A DNA stretch of 64,000 nucleotides from an uncultured Planctomycetales bacterium (GTDB lineage Bacteria > Planctomycetota > Planctomycetia > Pirellulales > S012-138): positions 8,301 through 72,300 of the forward strand of contig CALJLD010000085.1 in NCBI GenBank assembly GCA_937982665.1, in the 5' to 3' direction. The first letter of the stretch is position 1, and the number at the start of each line of letters is the position of its first letter. This document shows, piece by piece, positions 40,233-50,131 of the stretch. The position numbers and the translations under genes are program-made. The notes beneath the pieces are model-generated. The model saw nothing but the letters and a program-made list of their open reading frames with translations. It did not search any database and was not told the DNA's origin.

Positions 40233-40805
40233 ATGAAGGTCTTCACAACTGGTCAAGTCGCCAAGATTTGTAAAGTGGCGCCGCGCACAGTGAGTAAGTG
40301 GTTCGATTCTGGACGCCTGAAAGGCTACCGGATCCCCGGTTCCCAAGACCGACGTATTCCCCGCGAATACTTGATTCGGTTCCTCAAAGAGCATGGTATG
40401 CCTTTGGGAGAACTCGAAGACGAAACCATGGCCAAGGTATTGATCGTGGCCCAGGATCAGGTCCTGATTGAAAACCTGAAACGTGAATTGCCCGAGAACA
40501 AAGCCTTTAAGGTGGCCACGGCCTCCAGCGGGTTTGACGCCGGGATTCAAGCGGAAAGCTTCCATCCGGATGCCATCATTGTCGACTTCTCGATTGGCAA
40601 GACGGAAGCCCTGCAGATTTGCCAAAACCTGCGCCGCAACAATGAGTTTGCTGAGATCGTGCTGATCGCCTTGTTGCCGGATGACGGCAGCTCCACCAGC
40701 TTCGATCGCTCTGCGATCAACGAAACGTTCAAGAAACCGTTTGATGCGGCGCTACTCGCCCAGCGCCTGCAAACGCTTGTGGGCTCCCGCAAGGAACTCG
40801 TCTAG
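40233..40805 (+). CDS. one-component regulator: HTH_17 (excisionase/MerR-like) DNA-binding domain fused to a receiver domain
   Basis: N-terminal TTGQVAKICKVAPRTVSKWFDSGRLKGYRIPGSQDRRIP is the excisionase-family HTH. C-terminal VLIVAQDQ...DAIIVDFSIG...K is receiver-like, but its acidic pocket is degenerate (AQDQ instead of DD). Confidence 0.7.
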   Translation: MKVFTTGQVAKICKVAPRTVSKWFDSGRLKGYRIPGSQDRRIPREYLIRFLKEHGMPLGELEDETMAKVLIVAQDQVLIENLKRELPENKAFKVATASSGFDAGIQAESFHPDAIIVDFSIGKTEALQICQNLRRNNEFAEIVLIALLPDDGSSTSFDRSAINETFKKPFDAALLAQRLQTLVGSRKELV

Positions 40806-41514
40806 AACGCTCGCCGATCCGTTCTTCGCCAAGTCAACCATCCGTCGCGGTGGACCCCCGCGACGCGCATCAGTCGGGCGTCATGACACGATCATGACGC
40901 CAAGTGCCCGCCGAAGGCCTTCGCTTCGGCACAGCAGGTCAGCGACACACGGCACAAACGCAATCGCTGCGTCTCTTGATAGCCACTCTCCTTCGAGAGA
41001 TTCTGCATTGCGGTGTCGACCGCGCCACGAGCGAGATGATCGTGGTTGCCGCAACCTGCTCTTGCAACAACATGTGCTCCGCACTTCGCGGAATTCCCAG
41101 CGACCAAGAGGCGCAATCGAAGGAATCGATTGCTTTGGAAATGCCGGGCGCCCGGGCCCGGTTTCTCCTATCGTCAACGTCTGTCGCCTGCTTGCTGATT
41201 GCAATCGTCCACTTCTGGCAGGTCGACACTTTGCCCCTGTGCGGTCACCTGCGTCGCGCGAAGGTCGAGAACATGCTGGCGTTCCTGTCGCGAATTCACG
41301 ACGTGCTGCATCACAACGAGATGCTGCATTGCGTACTCATGCATCTTGAGCAGGCCTGTGCGGCGAGCAATGGCCGCGCGACGATGAAATTCCAAATTGC
41401 CAAAGAGCGAGCTGGCAAATTCCCACGGAAGCTGCGCAGTGGGCAACACGAGTTTTGAAAAAAAATCTGCGACGCGCGGATCTCGCGCGAAAAAATGCCG
41501 TTCGGCCGAGATCC

Positions 41515-41660
41515 AATTCCGGCGTTACATCCTGGATTACACCCGGGGTTACCACCCGCCGTTACACCCGGTGTTGCGCCCGGCGTTACATCCTGGGTCA
41601 CGGGCGATTTTGCCAGGGTTACGCCCAGGATTGCGGTCATTTTGAGGGTTAGCGTCCGGC
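41515..41660. repeat. imperfect tandem array of GTTACAYCC(GG) units, 11-13 bp period
   Basis: Seven to eight copies of the unit (gttacatcc, attacaccc, gttaccacc, gttacaccc, gttacatcc, gttacgccc, ...). A longer unit ccggcgttacatcctgg is duplicated exactly at 41519 and 41581. Confidence 0.6.
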
Positions 41661-41804
41661 AAGGCATGCCGAAATCACTTTTGGCCCGACCGGTAACACG
41701 CTGTCAGCGGCAGATCTGCACGCGGTGCCCGATCAGTCGAATGTCCGAAAGTTCACTTCGTGCGTAGAAGCCGCTCATGTTACGCGCCTCAAGCGTGCAT
41801 TGCC

Positions 41805-42071
41805 CTAACCAGCTTTTTTGGGCGAAGGGTCTGCTGCACTGCTTGAGGCTGGCTTTCGTTTGAGGAACCACAGCGCAATCAGCATTGCGACGAGGCCGCC
41901 GATTGGCGACGCGCACAAGCTTAGAACGATTGTGATGCCAGGGCCCATCGTCTCTTGGCCTTTGGCGGCCTCTTCGAGATGGGCGTCTTGTGCTGTAATT
42001 ATGCAAGGCGCAGCGGTAGCCACAGCCCCGGCAAGGAACGCAACAAGACAAATCACAATGGTTCTACCCAT
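41805..42071 (-). CDS. small two-TM membrane protein (hypothetical)
   Basis: 88 aa with two hydrophobic helices and a basic, proline-rich tail. Confidence 0.4.
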   Translation of the reverse strand: MGRTIVICLVAFLAGAVATAAPCIITAQDAHLEEAAKGQETMGPGITIVLSLCASPIGGLVAMLIALWFLKRKPASSSAADPSPKKAG

Positions 42072-42131
42072 CGTTGCATTGTACCGGGCGTCAACGTCGG
42101 CTGCAGTTGCGAGTCTTGCACTGCTTCCATG

Positions 42132-42563
42132 TCACAGATCGATTTCATCGTAGCTGGCGTAATCGGCCTTCCAGACATCGATGATTTTCGACCCGACAAC
42201 TTCGTATTGCGTTTCCATGTGATGGTGATAGGCGATGATTTCGCTTGGATCGTGTTGATTGATGCCCCAACATGCACCGCCACTGGTGCCACCAAAAAAA
42301 ATGAATGACTTGAACGACGGCTTGGAATACTCAACCCAATAGAGCCTGGTCATTGTGACCAACGACCCGCTGGAGTCCTCGTCGAACAGCGCGAATAAGT
42401 ATGCGGCGTTGCCGAGTTCTTCGCGAAATCCATTGCATTCCAAATAGAATTCTCGCAGGGGCTCGGGCAGCTTTACGCCAAGGGTTGCCTCCGCCTGCGC
42501 AATCTCTTGAGGAGTTGCCGGGGGCGATAACCGGGCGTAAGGAAATTCGTCATGAAGGGTCAT
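42132..42563 (-). CDS. SMI1/KNR4 (SUKH-1) family immunity protein
   Basis: IAQAEATLGVKLPEPLREFYLECNGF N-terminal signature and the later GGxxxG...WV fold pattern. Confidence 0.65.
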   Translation of the reverse strand: MTLHDEFPYARLSPPATPQEIAQAEATLGVKLPEPLREFYLECNGFREELGNAAYLFALFDEDSSGSLVTMTRLYWVEYSKPSFKSFIFFGGTSGGACWGINQHDPSEIIAYHHHMETQYEVVGSKIIDVWKADYASYDEIDL

Positions 42564-42700
42564 TTCGCTGGCCTCCCGTTCAAGGCGCCAGGGATCTTTG
42601 CAAAAATGGCTCGTATGTGGCGGCTCTTACGATCGCTCGTGGCTGGCAGTTGTGGAAGGTGGGTCTTGACCACCCTACTTCAATTGCTTGCGCCACTTCA

Positions 42701-43624
42701 CTACCGCATGGGGCCGATGTACTTTTTTGCGACGACGACCTGATCAAACCAAACGGTGTGCGACTGAGTGTTGGCGGTGTCCGTGTGTTTGCCGGCGTGC
42801 TGTTCCGTGTGGCCGAAGGCGCGTTCCGTGACGTAGCTCATCAGCCAGAAGACATTCGCTTTGAGTTTGTCCGTGGTGCGCCAGTTGACGCCAGTGACGT
42901 GTGCGATCCGTTCGCCGTTTCGCCAAAGCGTTTGTTCTCCGTCGCGCTCGCCGGGCGTGTTGAGCTTGACGCGGACTTCCATGCAGATCCATTCGTCGCG
43001 GGGGATATTGCCATCCTCGGCTGGGAAACTGTTGCCCCAGAATTTTCCGTCGGGGGCGGCCTTCATCTCGGGCCAATAGGTGTAGAAGTTCCACTTGCCT
43101 GGCGGCGGATTGTTGCCCCAATCAAACCATGGCTCAACGCCGGTGGTGAAGAAGTCATCGCCTTGCGGTTGGAGTCCGGCTTTGCCAAAGCTGCCCCAGC
43201 GTTCCACTTCGCCGTTGATGTGGACGAAGTGATGCACATAGCCGGCATCCGCGGCGAACTTGACATAGAAGCGGGCGAAAATTTCGTCCTGGCCTGCGGG
43301 CAACCATTTGATCAGGCCGCCACCGTTATTCTTGCCACGGGTTGCCGTCATTCGGCAGGCATGAGCGCCGAAGTACGCAGCGGATTCTTCGTTTGTGACG
43401 GCAACGCGCGTCTCGTCGCCGCCGGACTGATCTTCGTCCCAATGATCGAGCTTGCCTGACTCGAAGTCATCGGCGAACAATACGTCCGAGTCGTTCGCGA
43501 TTTGGGCATCGCCGGGATAGTTGGCCGCGAGCCCAACCGGCTTATTCGTGTCCTGCTGCTGAAGTTGAACTGCAGGCGAAACGCAGAGCAGCAGGAGCAG
43601 TGCGTGGTGCGCGGTGAATGCCAT
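42701..43624 (-). CDS. secreted concanavalin-like/jelly-roll protein, possibly polysaccharide lyase
   Basis: Signal peptide after the second Met, beta-rich sequence, and a C-terminal WFDQVVVAKKYIGP resembling the PL7/PL14-type lyase C-terminus. Weak assignment. Confidence 0.4.
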   Translation of the reverse strand: MAFTAHHALLLLLCVSPAVQLQQQDTNKPVGLAANYPGDAQIANDSDVLFADDFESGKLDHWDEDQSGGDETRVAVTNEESAAYFGAHACRMTATRGKNNGGGLIKWLPAGQDEIFARFYVKFAADAGYVHHFVHINGEVERWGSFGKAGLQPQGDDFFTTGVEPWFDWGNNPPPGKWNFYTYWPEMKAAPDGKFWGNSFPAEDGNIPRDEWICMEVRVKLNTPGERDGEQTLWRNGERIAHVTGVNWRTTDKLKANVFWLMSYVTERAFGHTEQHAGKHTDTANTQSHTVWFDQVVVAKKYIGPMR

Positions 43625-43844
43625 GATTGGGCTCCCGGGTTGGGCGAACAATTCGACGGTTCAGTCTATCGTTCGACGATGTTGGGAGCCAACGCTGGGG
43701 AGTTTGGTCGTTGTCGAATGCGCTTGGTCGCGGGGGCGGCAAGAATTGCGCGAGGTGTTGCGCCGCCACCTCATCCGCCTGCGGCACCTTCTCCCCCACG
43801 GGGAAGAAGGGAGTAGTTTTCTGCCCTTCCCGTGCGCAAAAGAG

Positions 43845-43975
43845 GTGCCACTGGAAGCTCGCTTCCAGTGTTCGCTACGCTCGACTTGGTTTGAGAATTA
43901 TTGTTCTAAATCGCGCGAAGAGATGACGTCAAACGTTGCCCAACGGGCACTGGTAGCGAGCTACCAGTGGCACCC
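43845..43975. repeat. two inverted copies of a 27-nt palindromic hairpin element
   Basis: Copy A is ggtgccactggaagctcgcttccagtg (43845-43871). Copy B is cactggtagcgagctaccagtggcacc (43948-43974). B is the reverse complement of A except for a compensatory aag/ctt to tag/cta change. Confidence 0.6.
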
Positions 43976-44137
43976 TTTGCGCAACGGCCCTCCGGCGCGC
44001 GATAATGTCGTGTGAAAAATAGTGACGAACGCAAGTCACACGTCCCCAATTCGGATTGATAAGCGACAAGTCACTTCACACTTGACTGGATTCCCGCCTG
44101 CGCGGGAATGACGTTGGGGGAGAAGCAAGATCCGCGT

Positions 44138-45016
44138 TCACCCGCCGACGTCTTGGCGGAAGCGTTCGAGTTCGTCGACGCGTTGTTGCAACTCGGCGAT
44201 GGCCTCTTCGAACTCGCGTTGGGCGGCGGCGAATTCCGCGCGGATCTGGCTGAGGTCGTTGGCGAGGTTGGCCGTTTCGGCTGACGATATTTGAGATTGA
44301 TGAGTGTGGGCGGCCGATTGTTGGGCCGCCGTTGAATGGGGTGCTTGTGATTGACTTGCTGCGGATGGCATGCGCGCCGAATCCGCGTGGGCTGCTGCAG
44401 TGGAAGGCGTTGATGCTGAAGTTTGTGGTTCGGAAACTCTCGCGCTGCCTTGGTCGACTTCGTCAAAGTCACTCGTATTATGGTCGCGCTTGAGCCGTTC
44501 CAGTTCTTTGGCCGAGTAGAGCGCATGCGTGACGATGTGGCCGCGGCCTTCGGGTGTGAGGCCGATGATGAGTCCGCGCGACTTGAGCGCATCAACCACT
44601 GGCTTGAGCGCGGCGAGGTCGGCAATTTTTTCCATGCGTGCGGCGCGGCCGCGGAGTTCGCCAACGGTTTGCGCGCCGCGAAGCAAGAGTTCGGTCATCA
44701 CAGCAGCTTCAACTTTGTCCACGCCCATCCATTCGTAGATGGCGTGGCGGTACTTGGCCGTGCGGCCGCCGCCTTGCACTTCCAACACGGCCCCAGCCTG
44801 ACGAAGATCTTCCAGAGCATCCTCCAGCTGATCTTCATTCAAGTCCATTTGCGGATCACGGTTGCTCTTTTGATTGCAGCCGTTCCGCAAAGCGTTGAGC
44901 GTCAGCGGATAGGCGTCCGGCGTGGTCTTCGCCTTCTCAACCAGAACGCCCAGCACGCGACGCTCGATTGAGCTGAGCGGCTTCCAGGCGGGTTGCGATG
45001 AAGTTTGTTCTTCCAT
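44138..45016 (-). CDS. yceH: DUF480/YceH family protein with C-terminal coiled coil
   Basis: LSSIERRVLGVLVEKAKTTPDAYPLTLNAL is the UPF0502/DUF480 N-terminal winged-helix signature. Confidence 0.65.
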   Translation of the reverse strand: MEEQTSSQPAWKPLSSIERRVLGVLVEKAKTTPDAYPLTLNALRNGCNQKSNRDPQMDLNEDQLEDALEDLRQAGAVLEVQGGGRTAKYRHAIYEWMGVDKVEAAVMTELLLRGAQTVGELRGRAARMEKIADLAALKPVVDALKSRGLIIGLTPEGRGHIVTHALYSAKELERLKRDHNTSDFDEVDQGSARVSEPQTSASTPSTAAAHADSARMPSAASQSQAPHSTAAQQSAAHTHQSQISSAETANLANDLSQIRAEFAAAQREFEEAIAELQQRVDELERFRQDVGG

Positions 45017-45149
45017 GGAGATGTTCCAAGTGATTCCGCGACAATCGTTGAGCCATGAATCTACTGAGATTTCGCTATCGATTAAATGGCACTTTGCAGG
45101 CGCGCATGTATTCGGGTGATGTCGGAGTTCGTCCCGCAGAGTGTACTTG

Positions 45150-45812
45150 TCAACTCCAGCGCGCTGAGTCCGTCAACTTGAATGCCGCATCGGCGACATC
45201 GGGTGGCTCATAAGGGCAAGTTTCCGGCGTCAAGTAGCCGCATTCTTCAGGCAGGTTCAGGTGATCTGGATCGAAAAGAAAACTATGGTTTTCTCGCGCC
45301 ATCTTGTCTGACCATCGGCTGACCGGCGCGCGGATGTTCAGCGAGACACTTTCTCTAACCACCCAGCGATCAGTCCAGTCGTTCACGTGCAGATGCTCGG
45401 AGAAAGCGCGTTCGTCAAACGGCGTTGCGACAAGCGACTCGACAATTTGCGCGAGCTTCTCAAAGCCTGACCTATTGCCGGCGAGAATGAGTTCCATAAC
45501 AAACTGTGAACCGCGGAACGCGCACCGCTCCACAAGCCGAATGCGAGGCTTCACGGGTGAGTCTTGAGCCGGAAGTATGAGGACTGGCTGTGAATTGGAA
45601 GTCGTGAAGGGAACTCGTTCCAGGTCCAAGGTTTTCTTGGCTCGAAGCTGAGTACGGAGCGAATTCACCAGGTAGGCGAAGCCTTGCTCATCTCCGAAGA
45701 CCCAATAATCAGGCTTGGAAAGAAAGAAACTGTCAGACTCCCAACTCGTTTGACTGCGGAAAAAGTAGAGGTGTTGGGTGTCTGCACTTCCTGATTTAGT
45801 TTTACGCGCCAT
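45150..45812 (-). CDS. hypothetical protein, translationally coupled to argB
   Basis: The ATG lies 3 nt after the argB TAG stop in the same frame; 220 aa; I recognised no domain. Confidence 0.5.
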   Translation of the reverse strand: MARKTKSGSADTQHLYFFRSQTSWESDSFFLSKPDYWVFGDEQGFAYLVNSLRTQLRAKKTLDLERVPFTTSNSQPVLILPAQDSPVKPRIRLVERCAFRGSQFVMELILAGNRSGFEKLAQIVESLVATPFDERAFSEHLHVNDWTDRWVVRESVSLNIRAPVSRWSDKMARENHSFLFDPDHLNLPEECGYLTPETCPYEPPDVADAAFKLTDSARWS

Positions 45813-45815
45813 CAG

Positions 45816-46697
45816 CTACTCATCCCGCGCGATTTCTGTCCCGACGCCACTGGTTGTGTAAACCTCCAACAGCAGCGAGTGCCGCAGGCGGCCATCAACG
45901 ATGTGCACTTTCTTCACGCCGCGTTCGAGCGTTTCCAGGCAAGCTTCCAGCTTGGGAATCATGCCAGCATCGGTGACGCCATCAGCGATGAGTTTGCGTG
46001 CTTCGCTGGCGCGGAGACTGGGGATGAGCGAATTGGGATCGTTCTTGTCCTGGCGGACGCCGTTGACGTCACTGAGGTAAACCATCTTCTCGGCGCCAAT
46101 CGCCTGAGCGATGGCGGTCGCGGCGGTATCGGCATTGACGTTGAGCTTGGTGCGGTTTGGTCCCCAGCACATGGATGGGATCACTGGAACAATGTTGGCA
46201 TAGCAAAGGTTTTCGATGGTGGAGCGATCGACTTTGGTGACCGTGCCCACGTGGCCCAGGTCTACATCGTTTCCGTCAGCGTCTTTGAGTTTGAGGACTT
46301 CGCCCTGCAGCGCGCAGGTGGTGTGGAAGTTGAGCGGCGCGGCCCGACCGCCCAAGTCCTCGATCTTATCGGCAATGGCGGTGTTGGTTTCGTAAGCGAG
46401 AACCTGCTCAACGATGGCGAGCGTGGCGTCATCCGTGTAACGGCGCCCGTCGATGAACTTGGGTTCCAGGCCTGCTTCTTCCATCTTGCGAGTGATGGCC
46501 GCGCCGCCGCCATGCACAATCACCGGCCGCATGCCGACAGTCTCCATGAAGACCACATCCAGCAGCAGGTGCCGCAGGGCATCGGCATCATCAATCACGC
46601 GGCCACCAATCTTGATAACGGTGACTTTATCGCGGAAGCGGCGGATCCAGTGCAGCGCTTCAATCAGAACGTCAGCTTTGGCAATCGCGTCTTGCAA
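45816..46697 (-). CDS. argB: acetylglutamate kinase
   Basis: Amino-acid kinase fold with the (V)IKIGG.. and VIVHGGG motifs; 293 aa. Confidence 0.9.
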   Translation of the reverse strand: MQDAIAKADVLIEALHWIRRFRDKVTVIKIGGRVIDDADALRHLLLDVVFMETVGMRPVIVHGGGAAITRKMEEAGLEPKFIDGRRYTDDATLAIVEQVLAYETNTAIADKIEDLGGRAAPLNFHTTCALQGEVLKLKDADGNDVDLGHVGTVTKVDRSTIENLCYANIVPVIPSMCWGPNRTKLNVNADTAATAIAQAIGAEKMVYLSDVNGVRQDKNDPNSLIPSLRASEARKLIADGVTDAGMIPKLEACLETLERGVKKVHIVDGRLRHSLLLEVYTTSGVGTEIARDE

Positions 46698-46901
46698 CGA
46701 GAATATCTCCCGGCAAACTGGGACGAAACTCCCCGTCTCCGGGGGAAACTTCCGAGTCTAATTCATCGCTGCCAGGGCCGAAAGGACGACAAATCGATCA
46801 AAATGTGCGAAACGTCTCCCGCGGCCCCATGGCTTGTGTACTGGTCGAGAGGTTCGCGGTTAGAATTCCGGGCTGATCGCACAAATCCTGGGGAGCGTGA
46901 C

Positions 46902-47447
46902 ATGATTCGCTGGTTTATCCACCGTCAGATTGACCGCCAAGAGAAGATCCTGGGGGAGTCATTGGACTACGCCAGGCATATCTTGGACACGTCTTTGAAG
47001 GCGTTCATGAAGTTCGCCAAGATCATGCCGTTCGCGGCATATCGGCGAAAGCTGCCTGCGGACGCCGCGAGTATTGCACACCTGGTGGCAGCGCGAGATG
47101 AAGATTGCGGCACATGCGTGCAAATCGCCATCAATGTGGCCATTGCCGAGGGCATCAACCCTGATTGGCTGCAAGCGGCCTTGGATGACCGACCTGACGA
47201 TTTGCCGGCCGAACTGGCTGAAGTGTACCGCTTTGCCGATCATGTGGTCCGCAACACGGGCCAAGAAAGCGAACTACGGGAAACCCTGCGGGAACGCTAC
47301 GGCGACGAAGCTTTGATTGAACTGGCCTTGGCCATCTCGGGATCGCGCGTCTATCCGATGGTCAAGCGCGTGCTGGGCTACGCCAAGAGTTGTGCCGTGG
47401 CGAAGCCGCATGTGCCGGGCAAGGAGTTGAGTTCGGCAGCCAATTGA
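46902..47447 (+). CDS. hypothetical protein (AhpD/CMD-like?)
   Basis: ATG at 46902 preceded by GGGGAG. The 181-aa helical protein has a CGTC motif. The 5' part of the 522-aa track ORF is antisense to argB and was discarded. Confidence 0.4.
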   Translation: MIRWFIHRQIDRQEKILGESLDYARHILDTSLKAFMKFAKIMPFAAYRRKLPADAASIAHLVAARDEDCGTCVQIAINVAIAEGINPDWLQAALDDRPDDLPAELAEVYRFADHVVRNTGQESELRETLRERYGDEALIELALAISGSRVYPMVKRVLGYAKSCAVAKPHVPGKELSSAAN

Positions 47448-47517
47448 ATGGGGCCATTGGATTGGCTCATGCGATAGTACCTATGAGAACGCACGCTCTT
47501 CACGAGGCGAATCCATA

Positions 47518-48447
47518 ATGAACGCTACGATCATGGTCTTGATGTTGGCCACATGCGGCCAAGCTGGTCATTTTCAATCAGGCGAGGCGAAAACGGCCAT
47601 GATGACCGTGCGACGGAACATCCCTTACGTGCAGCCTCGGCACGACCGACAGACCTTGGATGTCTATTTACCGGCTGATGCAAAGGACCTGCCGGTGATG
47701 ATTTGGATCCATGGCGGCGGTTGGAGGGCGGGAAGCAAATCCAATGTGCAAGTCAAACCGCAGGCGTTTGTTGACAAGGGATTCATTTTCGTCTCTGTCG
47801 AGTATCGCCTTGTTCCGGAGGTGACGGTCAAAGAAATGGCTGGCGACATCGCCGCGGCGATCAAGTTTGTTCACGCTCGGGTGGGCAATCATGGGGGCAA
47901 CCCTGAACAACTGTTTGTGGCCGGGCACTCCGCCGGTGCGCACCTGGCCGCGTTGGTTTGCACGGACGAATCGTATTTGCAAGCACAAGGGCTAAGCCTG
48001 GCGAACATTCGCGGCTGCATTCCCGTGGATACTGCTGCTTACGATGTCAATCGACAGATTGAATCACTCGGACCGCTGCGGGCGCGAACTTACACAACGG
48101 CATTTGGAACGGACGAAACCATTCGTACGGACCTTTCGCCGATCGTGCATGTTAAGAAAGCCCACGACGAGAATCAGGTTGGAGCCGATTCAAGTTCAGC
48201 GGAGGACAAGACCAAACAGAAGCAGATGCCTGCATTCTTGCTGCTGCACGTGGCTTCTCGGGAAGATTCCACACAGCAATCACGAGACTTTGCCAAAGTT
48301 CTTACCAACGCAGGTTGCAAGGCAAAGGTGGTAGGCGGCGAAAACAAGACGCACGCGTCGATCAACCGAGAACTCGGCAAGCCAGATGATGCCGTCACGC
48401 AGGCTGTCTTCAAATTCCTAGAGAACTTGACGACTGGCAAGGAGTGA
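47518..48447 (+). CDS. alpha/beta hydrolase (esterase/lipase family)
   Basis: Signal-like N-terminus, oxyanion-hole HGGGW, and nucleophile elbow GHSAGAH. Confidence 0.8.
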   Translation: MNATIMVLMLATCGQAGHFQSGEAKTAMMTVRRNIPYVQPRHDRQTLDVYLPADAKDLPVMIWIHGGGWRAGSKSNVQVKPQAFVDKGFIFVSVEYRLVPEVTVKEMAGDIAAAIKFVHARVGNHGGNPEQLFVAGHSAGAHLAALVCTDESYLQAQGLSLANIRGCIPVDTAAYDVNRQIESLGPLRARTYTTAFGTDETIRTDLSPIVHVKKAHDENQVGADSSSAEDKTKQKQMPAFLLLHVASREDSTQQSRDFAKVLTNAGCKAKVVGGENKTHASINRELGKPDDAVTQAVFKFLENLTTGKE

Positions 48448-48569
48448 CGGAGTGCACTGGCCAAACCCAGTGCTTGAAGCCTGGTGCTTGGCAATCGCGC
48501 ATCTGAGCGAAACACACACGGCGCAACCACATGCGTTCGTGGTGAAGCTTGTGGCCGCCCCGGCAAGTG

Positions 48570-50060
48570 TTAATGCTCGTCCGTGCCCATCAGCTTCTCT
48601 TCAACCTTATCCGCTTGCCAGGCAATGGACGCGATCATGCGTCCGGCGGACATGGCGTCAATGGCCGTGGCGAGCATGTTCGCCTGAATGGCCACCATGT
48701 CTCCGCCGCTGTGTGGAACAACCGCGAAAGCGCCATAGACCAGGCGGCTGTTGTATTTGAGCAGCTTCATGGCGTTGCCATCGGTTGCTGGTCCGCAGAT
48801 GGAGCGGATGGAAACCATGGCGTCGCCCTCTTCGTCCTGCTTGTCAAAATCGACTTCAACGACTTGCTTGCGAAGCGAGCCGATCGGCACCGTGATGTTG
48901 AGTCGATTGCCTGAACTTTCGACCTTGTAGCCGGCGGTTTCGGCCACGGAAGCGATCACCGACTTAATGTCAACGTTGGCCGCCTGAGGGGATGGTCCCT
49001 CCAAGTCATCAAAGGCGGCTGCGGCCGCTGCGCCGGCTGCTGCAAGCCCTCCGCCGGCTGCTCCGCCTGCTGGAGGGGCAATCGGAGGAGGAGTGGGTGC
49101 ACCGCCGCCTCCCTGTCCCGGTTGTTGTCCGCCACCAGGTTGTCCGCCGCCTGGTTGACCACCGCCGGGCTGTCCACCAACTGGCGGAGGTCCGCCGGCG
49201 GGATTGAATTGTTGGCCGTGCATGGCTTGGTTGATCATGCCTGGCATCATCATGCCGAATCCGGCTCCCATGCCCATACCCATGGCTCCACCGGCTCCGC
49301 CTCCCTCTTGCTCAGCCATCTTGGTCATGCTTTGAGCAGCCTGATATTGCAGGAAGGCGTTGAGGTTGCCAATCGCGCCCATGGATGCGCGTTGGTCGAT
49401 CGCCTTTTGCACTTCTTCCGGCGGCGTGATGGCATTGATGAAGAAGTCGACAAGTTCCAAACCGTACTTGCCAAACTCTTCAGAGACTTTGGCCCTAGTG
49501 CCGGAGGCGATTTCGTCATACTTGGCCGCCAGGTCGAGAATGCTGATCCCCAGCGTACCGAGCAGATCGGTCATGCGCGCAACAACCAGATCACGCAAGA
49601 ACGATGCGACTTCGTCCGTCGTGTATTTGCCTTGCGAGCCAACCAGTTCATTCAGCAGCAGCTTGCCATCAATGCAGCGGAAGGAGAACTTCCCGAAGCT
49701 GCGAAGCCGCACCATGCCGAATTCCGAGTCACGGAATGTGATGGGCTGGCGGGTGCCCCACTTCTGATCCAGGAAGGTCTGCTTGCCAACGAAATAGACC
49801 TGCGATTGGAACGGAGACTTCTCCCACGGGATGGTCAAGATCCGCGTGAGGATGGGAATGTTCTGCGTGGTCAGCGTGTATCGGCCAGGGCCGAAGGCGT
49901 CCATCGCTTTGCCATCGCGAAAGAAGATGGCTTCCTGCTGTTCATGGACGATGAGCTGAGCGCCATACTTGATATCAGCCGAGCCTTGCGGCGGGATACG
50001 ATGGACGAGCGAGTTGTTGGCTTCGTCAAAATATTGCAGGACTTCTAAGCGGATGCCCAT
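48570..50060 (-). CDS. SPFH (band-7/flotillin-like) domain protein with Gly/Pro-rich linker and C-terminal YbjN-like domain
   Basis: The N-terminal ~270 aa match the COG4260-type SPFH proteins. A linker follows ([17 protein letters not shown]...[18 protein letters not shown]), then a ~140-aa C-terminal globular domain. Confidence 0.7.
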   Translation of the reverse strand: MGIRLEVLQYFDEANNSLVHRIPPQGSADIKYGAQLIVHEQQEAIFFRDGKAMDAFGPGRYTLTTQNIPILTRILTIPWEKSPFQSQVYFVGKQTFLDQKWGTRQPITFRDSEFGMVRLRSFGKFSFRCIDGKLLLNELVGSQGKYTTDEVASFLRDLVVARMTDLLGTLGISILDLAAKYDEIASGTRAKVSEEFGKYGLELVDFFINAITPPEEVQKAIDQRASMGAIGNLNAFLQYQAAQSMTKMAEQEGGGAGGAMGMGMGAGFGMMMPGMINQAMHGQQFNPAGGPPPVGGQPGGGQPGGGQPGGGQQPGQGGGGAPTPPPIAPPAGGAAGGGLAAAGAAAAAAFDDLEGPSPQAANVDIKSVIASVAETAGYKVESSGNRLNITVPIGSLRKQVVEVDFDKQDEEGDAMVSIRSICGPATDGNAMKLLKYNSRLVYGAFAVVPHSGGDMVAIQANMLATAIDAMSAGRMIASIAWQADKVEEKLMGTDEH

Positions 50061-50131
50061 AGTGATTCTCTGCTAGAAAATGGACGCGTGATTTGTGGGA
50101 GCGACGGGAGCGGCGTATGGGGTGGTTGCCG

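Noticed and set aside
39238-40246. 216-aa and 209-aa minus-strand ORFs in the 900-bp gap upstream of the HTH-receiver gene.
   Set aside because: Arg/Ala-rich GC-frame artefacts without a plausible start context or domain.
40904-41458. 184-aa Cys/His-rich ORF between the regulator and the repeat array.
   Set aside because: I recognised no family, GC3 is not discriminative, and competing antisense ORFs overlap it. It may be real (possibly from the Met at ~41272) but is unsupported.
41495-41767. 90-aa ORF translating the GTTACAYCC repeats (PGVTPGVAPGVT...).
   Set aside because: The repetitive peptide is a by-product of the nucleotide tandem repeat. The same repeats give a similar peptide on the opposite strand.
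42132-43651. Secreted jelly-roll protein plus downstream SUKH gene as a toxin-immunity pair.
   Set aside because: The upstream protein looks like a lyase or lectin rather than a nuclease or deaminase toxin. The adjacency is probably coincidental.
45879-47447. 522-aa plus-strand ORF from the track.
   Set aside because: Its first ~340 codons are antisense to the well-supported argB. Only the 3' 181 codons (46902-47447, with their own RBS) were kept.
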